Assembly: GCA_003280965.1 (NCBI GenBank)
Contig: QCDI01000006.1
Location: 32,001 to 96,000, forward strand
Length of the DNA: 64,000 nucleotides
From: Prochlorococcus sp. AG-355-B18
GTDB taxonomy: Bacteria > Cyanobacteriota > Cyanobacteriia > PCC-6307 > Cyanobiaceae
Direction: 5' to 3'
The notes beneath the pieces were generated by a model. It was not told where the DNA came from, did not search any database, and worked only from the letters and a program-made list of their open reading frames with translations. The position numbers and the translations under genes are program-made. Shown here piece after piece: positions 54,380 to 64,000 of this stretch. Each line of letters begins with the position of its first letter. Positions within the stretch are counted from its first letter, which is position 1.

Positions 54380-55012
54380 ATGAGTAAAGTTGAACTAATT
54401 TCGCTAACCCCAGATGCGGAAAAAACAATGGCTTACATTGCTAGAGTAAGTAATCCAAAAAATCAGAAGAATGAAGACTATTCAAAATTATTGAGCTACT
54501 GTATCAAAAATGAACATTGGAGTGTATTTGAACAGTCATTTATGACCTTACAAATAGAAACAAACAGAGGAATTGCAGCACAAATTTTAAGACATAGATC
54601 ATTTACTTTCCAGGAATTTTCACAGAGATATGCAGATAGTTCTCAATTGGGTAATATACCTGTACCAGAGTTGAGAAGACAAGACTTTAAAAATAGACAA
54701 AATTCTATTCCTGACCTCCCTGACGAGTTAAAAAAAAGATTTAATGAAAAAATTTCATCACACTTTAATGCTGCTTCAGAATTATATGAAGATTTACTTG
54801 CTCAAGGAATAGCTAAAGAATGTGCGAGATTTGTTTTACCCTTAGCAACTCCAACGAGAATATACATGTCTGGATCATGTAGATCATGGATTCATTATAT
54901 TCACTTAAGATCAGCTCATGGTACTCAAGAAGAACACAAATCTATTGCCCAAAATTGTAAGTCTATTTTTAAGCAAAGTTTTCCTATTGTATCAAAATCT
55001 CTTGAGTGGTAA
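54380..55012 (+). CDS. thyX: flavin-dependent thymidylate synthase
   Basis: HWSVFE, RHRSFTFQEFSQRY, ECARFVLP. Confidence 0.97.
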   Translation: MSKVELISLTPDAEKTMAYIARVSNPKNQKNEDYSKLLSYCIKNEHWSVFEQSFMTLQIETNRGIAAQILRHRSFTFQEFSQRYADSSQLGNIPVPELRRQDFKNRQNSIPDLPDELKKRFNEKISSHFNAASELYEDLLAQGIAKECARFVLPLATPTRIYMSGSCRSWIHYIHLRSAHGTQEEHKSIAQNCKSIFKQSFPIVSKSLEW

Positions 55013-55015
55013 TAA

Positions 55016-55561
55016 TCACCCATGAGTCCGAGGATTAACCTTATTATTGTTATTTTCTTTAATTACTGAAAATTCAGCACTAAGAATTTTTTCTTCAGAT
55101 TCGGCTTCTTTCTCTAATTGGTCTATAGAATTTCTTATTTTTATTTCTTCTTGTTTGCCAATAAAAGTAGATATTAAATTTCCCTTTTTATCAAAAAGAT
55201 TAACTTGAGGAATTCCATTAACTTCAAATTTTCGGATGTAATTATCCCATTTTTGATTATCAACATTTAAAAAAACAAAATTAATATCTCTTTCATATTC
55301 CTCTTTTAAAACAGATATTTTTGGAGCCATTTCTTTGCAAACCTCACACCACTCGGCATAAAATTCTAGAAAAGTAGGTTTATTGTTTTTAAAAGCTATT
55401 TCAGGATCAACAGATGATTCTCCAAATTTCTTAAGAAGGAAAGTTGATTGAACAAAAAGATTTTTAAACAAAACCAAAGAAATAATAAGAAAAGCAATAG
55501 ACAAAACAAGTATTGCTTTTAAATTTTTATTTAAAAGTGGCTCATTACTCTCTGATTGCAT
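55016..55561 (-). CDS. membrane-anchored thioredoxin-like protein (TxlA/HCF164-like)
   Basis: N-terminal TM, EFYAEWCEVC, C-terminal PRTHG. Confidence 0.85.
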   Translation of the reverse strand: MQSESNEPLLNKNLKAILVLSIAFLIISLVLFKNLFVQSTFLLKKFGESSVDPEIAFKNNKPTFLEFYAEWCEVCKEMAPKISVLKEEYERDINFVFLNVDNQKWDNYIRKFEVNGIPQVNLFDKKGNLISTFIGKQEEIKIRNSIDQLEKEAESEEKILSAEFSVIKENNNNKVNPRTHG

Positions 55562-55697
55562 TAAAAATACTTACTAACTAAAGTCATCATAAATAAGATG
55601 AATAAATAAAGAGAATTTAAATCCTTTCCCTTTTAATCAACTGATAAAATAAGAACTGAATAATGATCAAAATATCTTTTATTCCCGAAATTTTATT

Positions 55698-57050
55698 ATG
55701 CAATCAATCTTTGGTACTGATGGAATAAGAGGAATATTTAATGAAGAAATAACTTATGCTCTAGCTTATAAAGTTGGATATTCTCTAGGTTCAAATTTGG
55801 AAAATAATAATCCAATATTAATTGGAAGAGATACAAGGATTAGTGGAGATATTCTGCTTCAGGCAATAACAAGAGGTATAAATGAAAGTGGCAAAAAATT
55901 TATAAATCTTGGAATTTGCCCAACCCCAGCTATCCCTTTTTTAATCAAAAAAGAGAAGCTGAGTAGTGGGATAATGATATCTGCGAGCCATAATCCTCCT
56001 GAATATAATGGCATAAAAATTTTTGACCATAATGGTCAAAAAATCACCAAAATTTTTGAAAATAAAATTCAAAAATCAATTGAAGAGTTAAATCCAAATT
56101 TAACCGATAGCACAAAAGAGATCTCTTTAAAAAAAAATAAAGAGCTTATGGATATTTATATCAAAAACCTAATAAAAACAATGGGTGGAGAAAATCTAAA
56201 CGGTATGAAAATAATATTAGACACATGCTATGGATCAGCAACTACCTGTGCAAAAAAAATTTTTCAAAATCTTGGTGCTGATGTCAGAGTTATCAATAAC
56301 AGTAAAAATGGATTAAAAATTAATGTGAATTGTGGTTCTACTAACCTTGAACCATTAAAAAAAGCATTAAGAGATAGTCCTGCAGATATTGGATTTAGCT
56401 TCGATGGGGACGCCGATAGGGTAATTGGAGTGGATTCTAAGGGCAATATATTGGATGGAGATCATATTCTTTTTCTTTGGGGTAGAGAACTTATGGAACA
56501 AAAAAGTCTTACAAATAATTTACTGATATCAACTCAAATGGCAAATTTAGGTTTTGAAAAGGCCTGGAATAAAATTGGCGGAATTTTGTATAGAACTGAT
56601 GTAGGAGATAAATACGTTCACGAAGCTATCGTGAAAAAAAGAGCAGTATTAGGAGGTGAGCAGTCAGGTCATATACTTTCAAAAATTAATAACTTTTCTG
56701 GGGATGGAATATTGACTGCACTTCAAATTTCTAAATACTGTAAAAAGAAAAATATTACTTTAAATGATTGGCTTAAAAGTAGTTTCGACCCTTTTCCTCA
56801 AAAACTAACCAACATTAATTTAGGTTTTAATATTAATAAAATAAATCCAAAAACCAAAATATTAATAGATCAAATTATAAAAAATTTTCATGAAATTTAT
56901 TCGGACAGTTGTAGGATTTATATAAGGCCTAGCGGAACTGAACCTCTAATGCGCATTCTTGTTGAGGCCAAAAATCAAAAAAAAGTTGATTTTTTATCAA
57001 GCGAAATAACAAACAAACTCTATTTAGAAATTAATGCACTAATTAATTAA
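55698..57050 (+). CDS. glmM: phosphoglucosamine mutase
   Basis: [42 protein letters not shown]. Confidence 0.93.
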   Translation: MQSIFGTDGIRGIFNEEITYALAYKVGYSLGSNLENNNPILIGRDTRISGDILLQAITRGINESGKKFINLGICPTPAIPFLIKKEKLSSGIMISASHNPPEYNGIKIFDHNGQKITKIFENKIQKSIEELNPNLTDSTKEISLKKNKELMDIYIKNLIKTMGGENLNGMKIILDTCYGSATTCAKKIFQNLGADVRVINNSKNGLKINVNCGSTNLEPLKKALRDSPADIGFSFDGDADRVIGVDSKGNILDGDHILFLWGRELMEQKSLTNNLLISTQMANLGFEKAWNKIGGILYRTDVGDKYVHEAIVKKRAVLGGEQSGHILSKINNFSGDGILTALQISKYCKKKNITLNDWLKSSFDPFPQKLTNINLGFNINKINPKTKILIDQIIKNFHEIYSDSCRIYIRPSGTEPLMRILVEAKNQKKVDFLSSEITNKLYLEINALIN

Positions 57051-57057
57051 TTATGAA

Positions 57058-57687
57058 TCAGATTTTTATATAAATACACTCAAAAATATCAAGTTTATTA
57101 TCAATAACTAATTTTTCCCTATTAGTTTTAATCTTATTTGGATTAAAACTTTTAGAGTAATTAAAATCCTTTTTATCTATATTTTTAAAATTAAGATTAC
57201 TTGATATGGTGCAATCCATATAATCGAATAAGTCCTTTACATCAGTTTTTATAAAAATTAAGGATCCTTTTTGTAATGAATTTGAGAGAATATTAATAAA
57301 ATCTGGCTGAATTACACGCCTTTTATAATGTTTCTTTTTAAACCATGGATCAGGAAAATTAAAAGAAATACTTTTTACATTTTCGAGAATAAATTTATTT
57401 TGCACATCATTCAAAATATTATTAGCATTACCAAATACAAAATATAAATTTTTGATTTCTTTTTCTTGCACTCTTAATTTAGCAGTTTTAACTAATCTCT
57501 CTCGTATTTCAATTCCCAAATAATTCCAACTGGTATTAACTAAAGCTAAATCGCATAGAAACTCACCAGCAGCGCAACCTATATCCAAATGAAGATTCAA
57601 TTTAGAATCACCAAATAGTTCAATCAAAGAGGGAATTCTCTCAATTTCATTGAAATTTCTACTAAGGGGATTGACATGCTGTCTCAT
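57058..57687 (-). CDS. trmB: tRNA (guanine-N7)-methyltransferase
   Basis: [29 protein letters not shown]. Confidence 0.95.
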   Translation of the reverse strand: MRQHVNPLSRNFNEIERIPSLIELFGDSKLNLHLDIGCAAGEFLCDLALVNTSWNYLGIEIRERLVKTAKLRVQEKEIKNLYFVFGNANNILNDVQNKFILENVKSISFNFPDPWFKKKHYKRRVIQPDFINILSNSLQKGSLIFIKTDVKDLFDYMDCTISSNLNFKNIDKKDFNYSKSFNPNKIKTNREKLVIDNKLDIFECIYIKI

Positions 57688-57804
57688 ATAATATTTTATT
57701 TCTCGCCAGTAATATAAAGATGCATAATATTCATAACTATGACAATACTAAGTTAAAGAGTAACGGTTTGATGTTTAATAAATTATGTATATAAAAAAAA
57801 AGTT

Positions 57805-58428
57805 TTGAACGTTTTTAATCAACTTTCTATTTGGCTATCTTTTCAACTTTCAATAATTTTCCTTGTTGGTATTCCTGTTACATTATACTTCTGGTCATTT
57901 AAAAAAAGAAATAAAGCTGTTAATAAACTTTTATCAATTTATTGGAAAATATCTCTTTTATTTTTTATAAGCCTTTTACTTTTAATTGGTAAGTATAATT
58001 ATGCTCTGTTGATAACAAATATTTCAACATTATTAATTACAATTTCAATTTGGTTTTGGAACGATATTAATGATGAATTAAAAGAATATGATTTTTCATA
58101 CTCCCTCGCCACCACCACAAAAATATGGCGATGGTCCCTTACGTTTATTTCTCTCAATTTCTTAATTCAAAGTATACGGAACTTTAGTTGCTTATCTTTT
58201 ATTAATTCAGCTGCATGTGAAATTTGGACTGAACCTTCTGCAAATTTCTATATAATTATCAAAAATTTATTTAATTTTTTCTTCGGAGCTAACTTTACTC
58301 AGCCGATAGCCAAATTTTTAGGGTTATTTTCATTGTTGATCTATACTTTAGGCTTAATTCAATGGTCAATAATTAAATTACCTAAAAATGGAAGAAACTC
58401 TTGCTTCTCGGACAATGGCAGAAATTGA
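57805..58428 (+). CDS. DUF3177-like membrane protein
   Basis: YWKISLL, SIWFW, WRW; multi-pass hydrophobic. Confidence 0.7.
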   Translation: MNVFNQLSIWLSFQLSIIFLVGIPVTLYFWSFKKRNKAVNKLLSIYWKISLLFFISLLLLIGKYNYALLITNISTLLITISIWFWNDINDELKEYDFSYSLATTTKIWRWSLTFISLNFLIQSIRNFSCLSFINSAACEIWTEPSANFYIIIKNLFNFFFGANFTQPIAKFLGLFSLLIYTLGLIQWSIIKLPKNGRNSCFSDNGRN

Positions 58429-58723
58429 TTTAATAAAAAATCTAGAAAAAATAAGCTCCGAGATACCCAATAGGATACTAAAAATTCAAGGTTATATTTT
58501 AAAAAAAAATCACAAAGAACAATTAGAAATAATTATTTTTAAAGGTTGCAGCAGCTCAACCACTCATCCAATTGAAATAGATTTAGAGAAAAAAGTTATA
58601 GAATTTAGTTATATACTTACAAATTTCAAACTTTATAAGGCACCCTTGAAAAAAACCAAAGATAACTTTATAAGAGAAAATCGAAACTCTGTTTTCTTTC
58701 TGGATAACAGAAATTGGATTTAA
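58415..58723 (+). CDS. conserved hypothetical protein
   Basis: [12 protein letters not shown] motif; ATG at 58415 overlaps the upstream gene end. Confidence 0.65.
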   Translation: MAEIDLIKNLEKISSEIPNRILKIQGYILKKNHKEQLEIIIFKGCSSSTTHPIEIDLEKKVIEFSYILTNFKLYKAPLKKTKDNFIRENRNSVFFLDNRNWI

Positions 58724-61625
58724 TTAAATTCAAGATTAATAATATTTGAACATCTTTTGCATAATTTTGTATTTTGGATTCCACTAAAAGTTTCTTTTTG
58801 ATAATGCCAACATCTATCACATTTTTGACCCTGAGCTTTAAGGATTTGAATTTTTCCAAATTCATTTTTTTCAATAGTTATAGAATTCTCAACCAAATCT
58901 GATACCACTTGAAAATTTGAGACTATAAGCCAATCCCTAAATAAATCAACATCTTCATTACCAAATTTTTTAAGCCAAGTAAGCGAATCTTTTACAACTT
59001 TATCTTCAGGTAAATAATTGACTTCTGTTTCTAAAGCTGCTCCAATTATTTGTTTATTTCTACATCCTTCTATAGCTTTGTTAATTTCAACTCGCAAATT
59101 TCTTAAATTTGCTATGTGCTCATTGAGAATTTCATTTTTCCATGACTTAGAAAAGATTGGCCATCCTCTTTGAAATACAGATTTTTCTTTAGTAGGATAT
59201 GGAATATTTTGCCAAATATCTTCAGCCATATGGCAAAGTACTGGAGAAATAAGAACAGCTAAATTTTCAACAACTCTAGACATAACATATTGACATGATC
59301 TCCTTCTAAATTGTGATTTAGAACTTACATATAACCTATCCTTTGCAATATCTAAATAAAAATTTGATAGATCTACAACGCAAAAACTTTGTAAGATTTG
59401 AAAAAATTTTGAAAATTCATAGTTTTCATAAGCATTTGATATTTGATCTGTAACCTCAACTAATCTGCCTAACATCCATTGATCCAATAGCGGTAGTTGA
59501 TCAATTTCAAAACTATCAATGTTAGGGTCATAATCGTGAATATTACCTAGTAGATATCTTGCAGTATTGCGAACTTTTCTGTAAACGTCTGATAATTGCT
59601 TGAGTATGTTTGAACCAATTGGAACATCTACCGAATAATCTACAGAGCTTACCCATAGCCTTAGAACATCAGCACCATAAGCAGGTTCAGTTTTTTTATT
59701 ATTACCTCCATTAATAATTATATTTGGGTCAACAACATTACCTAAGGATTTACTCATTTTTCTTCCATTTTCATCAAGTGCAAAACCATGAGTTAAAACT
59801 TTTTTGTATGGAGGTTTATTATTAACTGCAACAGATGTGAGCAAAGAAGACTGGAACCAACCTCGATGTTGATCTGAACCTTCTAAATAAAGATCTGCTG
59901 GGTACTGTAATTCACTTCTTTGTTCACAAACTGCGGCCCAGCTAGATCCTGAATCAAACCAAACATCCATTGTATCTGTTCCTTTTATCCACAAATCAGA
60001 TTCCTTTTCATAATTTTTTGGTAATAGATTCTTAACATCCCAATCCCACCAAATATCTGCTCCATGTTCACTAAAAAGTTTTTTAATGTGATTAATAATA
60101 TCGCTATTTAGGAGAATTTCATTACCATTTTTTTTATAAAAAACTGGAATTGGGACCCCCCATGACCTTTGTCTGGAAATACACCAATCTCCTCTACCAA
60201 CGACCATAGAATAAATTCTTTTCTTTCCTGTTGCTGGCATCCATTCAACATCTTCGATTGCCTTTAATGCAGATGATCTAAAGCCATTTACAGATGCAAA
60301 CCATTGTTCTGTTGCTCTAAAAATAGTTGGTTTTTTGTTCGCCAATCATAGGGATATCTATGCTTATATTTTTCTTGTAATAAAAGCAAATTATTTTCTT
60401 TTAGATATTCAATAATTAAATCATTTGCATCTTTAAGGACATTTGATCCTTTGAATTGACCTGAATGTTCATTTAAGTTACCTTTCTCATCAACAACACA
60501 TGTAGTAGGTAAATCGTATTTTTTCCCCACATTAAAATCATCTATTCCATGACCTGGTGCAGTATGAACAATTCCAGTACCTGATTCAGTAGTGATATAG
60601 TCTCCCCCAATCACAACTCTACAATTTTTATTTTTAGTAGGATGTTGATATTCAATATCTTCCAAGGAAGATCCTTTAATATCTAAAAGGGTCATAAAAT
60701 CTTTATTAAATTTATTACTAATTTCAGAAGATAATTCTTTTGCAAAAAGGTATATTCGTCTATCTTCATCAATTGCAAAAACGTAATTTATTTTCGGATT
60801 TACTGCAACTGCTTCATTTGCAGGTATTGTCCAGGGTGTAGTAGTCCAAATAGTTATATAAGAATTCATTAGAAAAAAATCCTTTTTAAAATTTGGATTA
60901 TCTTTACAGAATTTCGAAAAAATTACGTCAGATAGTTTAGTGATTTTTAACGAAACATAAATACTTTTTGAATAATGTTCTTCAGGATATTCTAATTCTG
61001 CTTCTGCAAGGGCAGTCCTTGAACTTGGGCTCCAGTGTACAGGTTTAAGTCCTCGATAAATGTATCCATTTAAAAACATTTTCCCAAATACTCCAATCTG
61101 AGCAGATTCATAACTTTTTTTGAGGGTTAAGTAAGGGTTATCCCAATCGCCCCATATACCCCACCTTTTAAAACCCTCCATTTGATTGTTTATTTGTATG
61201 TATGCATAGTCTGTTGCTTTTTTTCTTAGACTCAAAGTATCAAGATTCTTCCTTTCATCAGATTTTAAATTCTGAAGCACTTTTAATTCAATAGGTAGTC
61301 CATGACAATCCCACCCAGGAACGTAGTGTACTCTAAATCCTTTCAAAGTTTTGTACTTATTTATTATGTCTTTTAAAACTTTATTAAGTGCATGACCCAT
61401 ATGAAGCGCTCCATTTGCATAAGGCGGGCCATCGTGTAGTGTGAATATTTTGCCAGAGTTCTTTGAACCTAACTCGAAATCAATGTTATTATGAGCCCAA
61501 AAATTCTGAATCTCAGGTTCTCTTACAACAGAGTTAGCTCTCATTGAGAATTCAGTTTTAAGCAAATTTAAAGTTTCTTTGTACGAAAATTCTGATTTGC
61601 GTTCTTTTTTATTTCGAGATTTCAT
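58720..61625 (-). CDS. ileS: isoleucine--tRNA ligase, interrupted by an apparent 1-nt deletion at 60331-60336
   Basis: [13 protein letters not shown] and WTTTPWT in the 5' ORF; WCISRQR, KMSKS and zinc finger in the 3' ORF; one extra A restores a 968-aa protein. Confidence 0.95.
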
Positions 61626-61746
61626 ACGAAGTTAAAGAAATATTGGTGATCAATAGAGTTGTTTAAATAAATCTTGTTCATTATATTATTTCTTAATTAA
61701 CCTGTAGTTTTTTTGACATGTTACAAAAAAAATTGATGATTTAGTA

Positions 61747-62196
61747 TCAATTTTTTATATTATCATTTTTATCATTTCTAACCCACTTTTTAAGCTTTAT
61801 TTTTTCATTATTGCTATCAAAATTGAAAAAATTTAAAGGTTTTGTAAAGTTTTTAACTCCAAGATTAATAGCCTCTAATATTTTCGAAAGATTATTTTTA
61901 AATTCCAAAAAGGTAGTTATCTTATTCTGTTCTTTATCTGTCAATTGATTCCATCTAAATAGAAAAAGCTCTACTAAATACATGAAAACTAATACTGTAA
62001 TCAAGAGAAAAATTACAAATAATGATTTACTTATAGTTGAATTTTTAATTATTAATATGAAACCTATTGATAAATTCAAAAAAGCTTTTATTAAGTCTTT
62101 TGGTCTGCCGAGCTCAAGATAAATTAACGGTACTAATAAAAATACAGTCCCAACTAAAATATAAAAAGACCCCAAATAAAATATCGAGCTATTCAT
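61747..62196 (-). CDS. Ycf66-like N-terminal domain membrane protein
   Basis: ELGRPKD after a TM helix, RWNQL, KKWVR. Confidence 0.6.
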   Translation of the reverse strand: MNSSIFYLGSFYILVGTVFLLVPLIYLELGRPKDLIKAFLNLSIGFILIIKNSTISKSLFVIFLLITVLVFMYLVELFLFRWNQLTDKEQNKITTFLEFKNNLSKILEAINLGVKNFTKPLNFFNFDSNNEKIKLKKWVRNDKNDNIKN

Positions 62197-62266
62197 TATT
62201 TGTTTATTTTTTGAATTATAAGAATTTGATATTGATTAATAAACTTTGTATCAGAATTTCCTTAAA

Positions 62267-62348
62267 TGCGGTCGGGGAGACTTGAACTCCCACACCCGAA
62301 GATACGAGTACCTAAAACTCGCGCGTCTACCAATTCCGCCACGACCGC
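62267..62348 (-). tRNA. tRNA-Leu(TAG)
   Basis: Minus strand acceptor GCGGTCG/CGACCGC, anticodon arm CGAGT-TTTAGGT-ACTCG, long variable arm, 82 nt. Confidence 0.97.
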
Positions 62349-62425
62349 TCAAATAAAATAATAATTGAAAGAGGTTTATTTTAAAAATATTTTTAACTTA
62401 TGATGATTAATTTGACACATAAAAA

Positions 62426-63538
62426 TTGAATCGAGTCTCTCTTTTAAAAATTTTTTTTGATTTAATCATACAATCATCTAAAAATATCAGTTATATTATT
62501 CAAAGAATACAGGATACAATTTCTAACTTAACCAAAAAAAATACAACAAAAATTACTAATTCTTCAAAAACTTTTAATTGGCAAAAGGAGATCAAAAATT
62601 ACGTAGATCCTCCAAGTTTTTGGAATCCAACATTAGGGCTTTTTTTTGGGGGTTATTTTCTAGCTTTTCTTAGCATTTGGCAATGGTATAGAGGTGTTTG
62701 GCCTCTTCCTTTACTAGTAGCTACTGCCTTTTTAGCTTTGCATATTGAAGGTACCGTTATTCATGATGCATGTCACAAAGCTGCTCACCCTGTTCCTTGG
62801 ATAAATCAAGCAATGGGACATGGCTCAGCAATTCTTTTAGGTTTTAGTTTCCCAGTTTTTACAAGAGTACATTTACAACATCATATTCATGTAAATCATC
62901 CCAAAAATGATCCTGACCATATTGTCAGTACTTTTGGCCCCATTTGGCTGATTGCTCCAAGATTTTTTTATCATGAAGTATTTTTCTTTCAAAGAAAGCT
63001 TTGGCGAAAATATGAATTACTACAATGGGGAATAGAAAGATCGATCTTCATAACGATTATTTTGGCAGGCATAAAATTTGATTTTATGAATCTAATTTAT
63101 AATCTTTGGTTTGGACCAGCATTAATGGTGGGAGTTACTTTAGGAATATTTTTTGATTATCTTCCTCATAGACCTTTTCGATCAAGAAATAAATGGATCA
63201 ATTCTAGAGTTTATCCAAGCAAATTTATGAATATATTAATAATGGGTCAAAATTACCATCTCATTCATCATCTTTGGCCTTCAATTCCTTGGTTTGAATA
63301 CAAAGTAGCCTATGAAAAAACTAAGCCATTATTGGATGTGAAAGGTTCCCCACAAAGAGTTGGAATATTTGAAAGTAAAGATGACATTTTTAACTTTATT
63401 TATGATCTATTAATAGGCGTAAGAAGTCATAGCAGAAGAAGAGGAAAAATTAGAAAAATTATCAATTTATATCCAGGCTATAAAATTAAGAAATTTTTAT
63501 TAAAAATAGTCAATAAAACATTTATAGGAAGCAACTAA
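62426..63538 (+). CDS. crtR: beta-carotene hydroxylase (fatty acid desaturase superfamily)
   Basis: His boxes HDACH, HLQHH, HLIHH; DYLPHRPF; start uncertain. Confidence 0.92.
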   Translation: MNRVSLLKIFFDLIIQSSKNISYIIQRIQDTISNLTKKNTTKITNSSKTFNWQKEIKNYVDPPSFWNPTLGLFFGGYFLAFLSIWQWYRGVWPLPLLVATAFLALHIEGTVIHDACHKAAHPVPWINQAMGHGSAILLGFSFPVFTRVHLQHHIHVNHPKNDPDHIVSTFGPIWLIAPRFFYHEVFFFQRKLWRKYELLQWGIERSIFITIILAGIKFDFMNLIYNLWFGPALMVGVTLGIFFDYLPHRPFRSRNKWINSRVYPSKFMNILIMGQNYHLIHHLWPSIPWFEYKVAYEKTKPLLDVKGSPQRVGIFESKDDIFNFIYDLLIGVRSHSRRRGKIRKIINLYPGYKIKKFLLKIVNKTFIGSN

Positions 63539-63539
63539 C

Positions 63540-63833
63540 TTATTCACTTATAATTTTTGGCACTTTAAAATATTTATCTTCTTTGGATGGGCCCAATTCT
63601 AAGAGTTCTTCAGTACAGTCAGAATTTTTCTTTTCGTCTTTTCTAAATACATTAATCACCTCTATCGCTCTTGTTGTAGAGGGCACATCATCTGTATCAA
63701 TTTTTTCAAGTTGCTTTATATATTCCAATATTTTTTCTAGTTGTTCTGCATGATTATTAATTTCATGCTCATTTAGTTCCAATCTCGCTAAATGGGCAAC
63801 TTTTTTTACTTCTTCTTTATTTATTTTTGTCAT
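63540..63833 (-). CDS. gatC: Asp/Glu-tRNA amidotransferase subunit C
   Basis: EEVKKVAHLARL, YFKVPKI. Confidence 0.96.
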   Translation of the reverse strand: MTKINKEEVKKVAHLARLELNEHEINNHAEQLEKILEYIKQLEKIDTDDVPSTTRAIEVINVFRKDEKKNSDCTEELLELGPSKEDKYFKVPKIISE

Positions 63834-64000
63834 AATTTCTATGGCCTAATATAAATAAATAATAGTTCATTTATAACATTTTTATTCATAAATCAATTGG
63901 ATTCCTAATAATAAGACTAATAATGAGATCTTTTTAAGAATCAAATTTAATTAATAGCCTTAATTATCTTTCTCAGCTAAAAATAATATTAGATTGAGTA

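Noticed and set aside
61708..61731. T7G...CA7 inverted repeat upstream of ileS
   Set aside because: Almost entirely A-T pairs in very AT-rich DNA; no T-box features.
62067..62285. 72-aa plus-strand ORF
   Set aside because: Antisense to the Ycf66-like gene and runs into tRNA-Leu.
29191..62348. tRNA-anchored genomic island or prophage
   Set aside because: No integrase, no duplicated tRNA 3' ends seen, and housekeeping genes flank all three tRNAs.
63834..64000. Possible partial gene at the right edge
   Set aside because: No frame long enough to identify.

Overview
AT-rich, densely packed core-chromosome segment of a marine picocyanobacterium, most consistent with high-light Prochlorococcus (inferred from gene content, long PsbJ, photolyase and composition). 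It runs from uvrD to gatC and includes psbEFLJ, ycf48, ndhCKJ, chlD, psbK, amt1, psbI/N/H, ntcA, dcd-thyX, ileS, crtR and three tRNAs. I found no integrase, transposase, CRISPR array or island, and no clearly novel multi-gene system. The best leads are: (1) two NrdR-box-like sites 31 bp apart ahead of a P-loop-degenerate cobO-like gene, dcd and thyX; (2) a 1-nt frameshift in an A-run of the essential ileS gene; (3) a perfect 16-bp tandem duplication at the psbI 3' end, where a DUF3769/LptD-like gene would usually follow; (4) a structured leader of about 170 nt ahead of a DUF3155-like gene; (5) NtcA class II promoters at amt1 and ntcA. All family calls come from motif recognition, not database searches.
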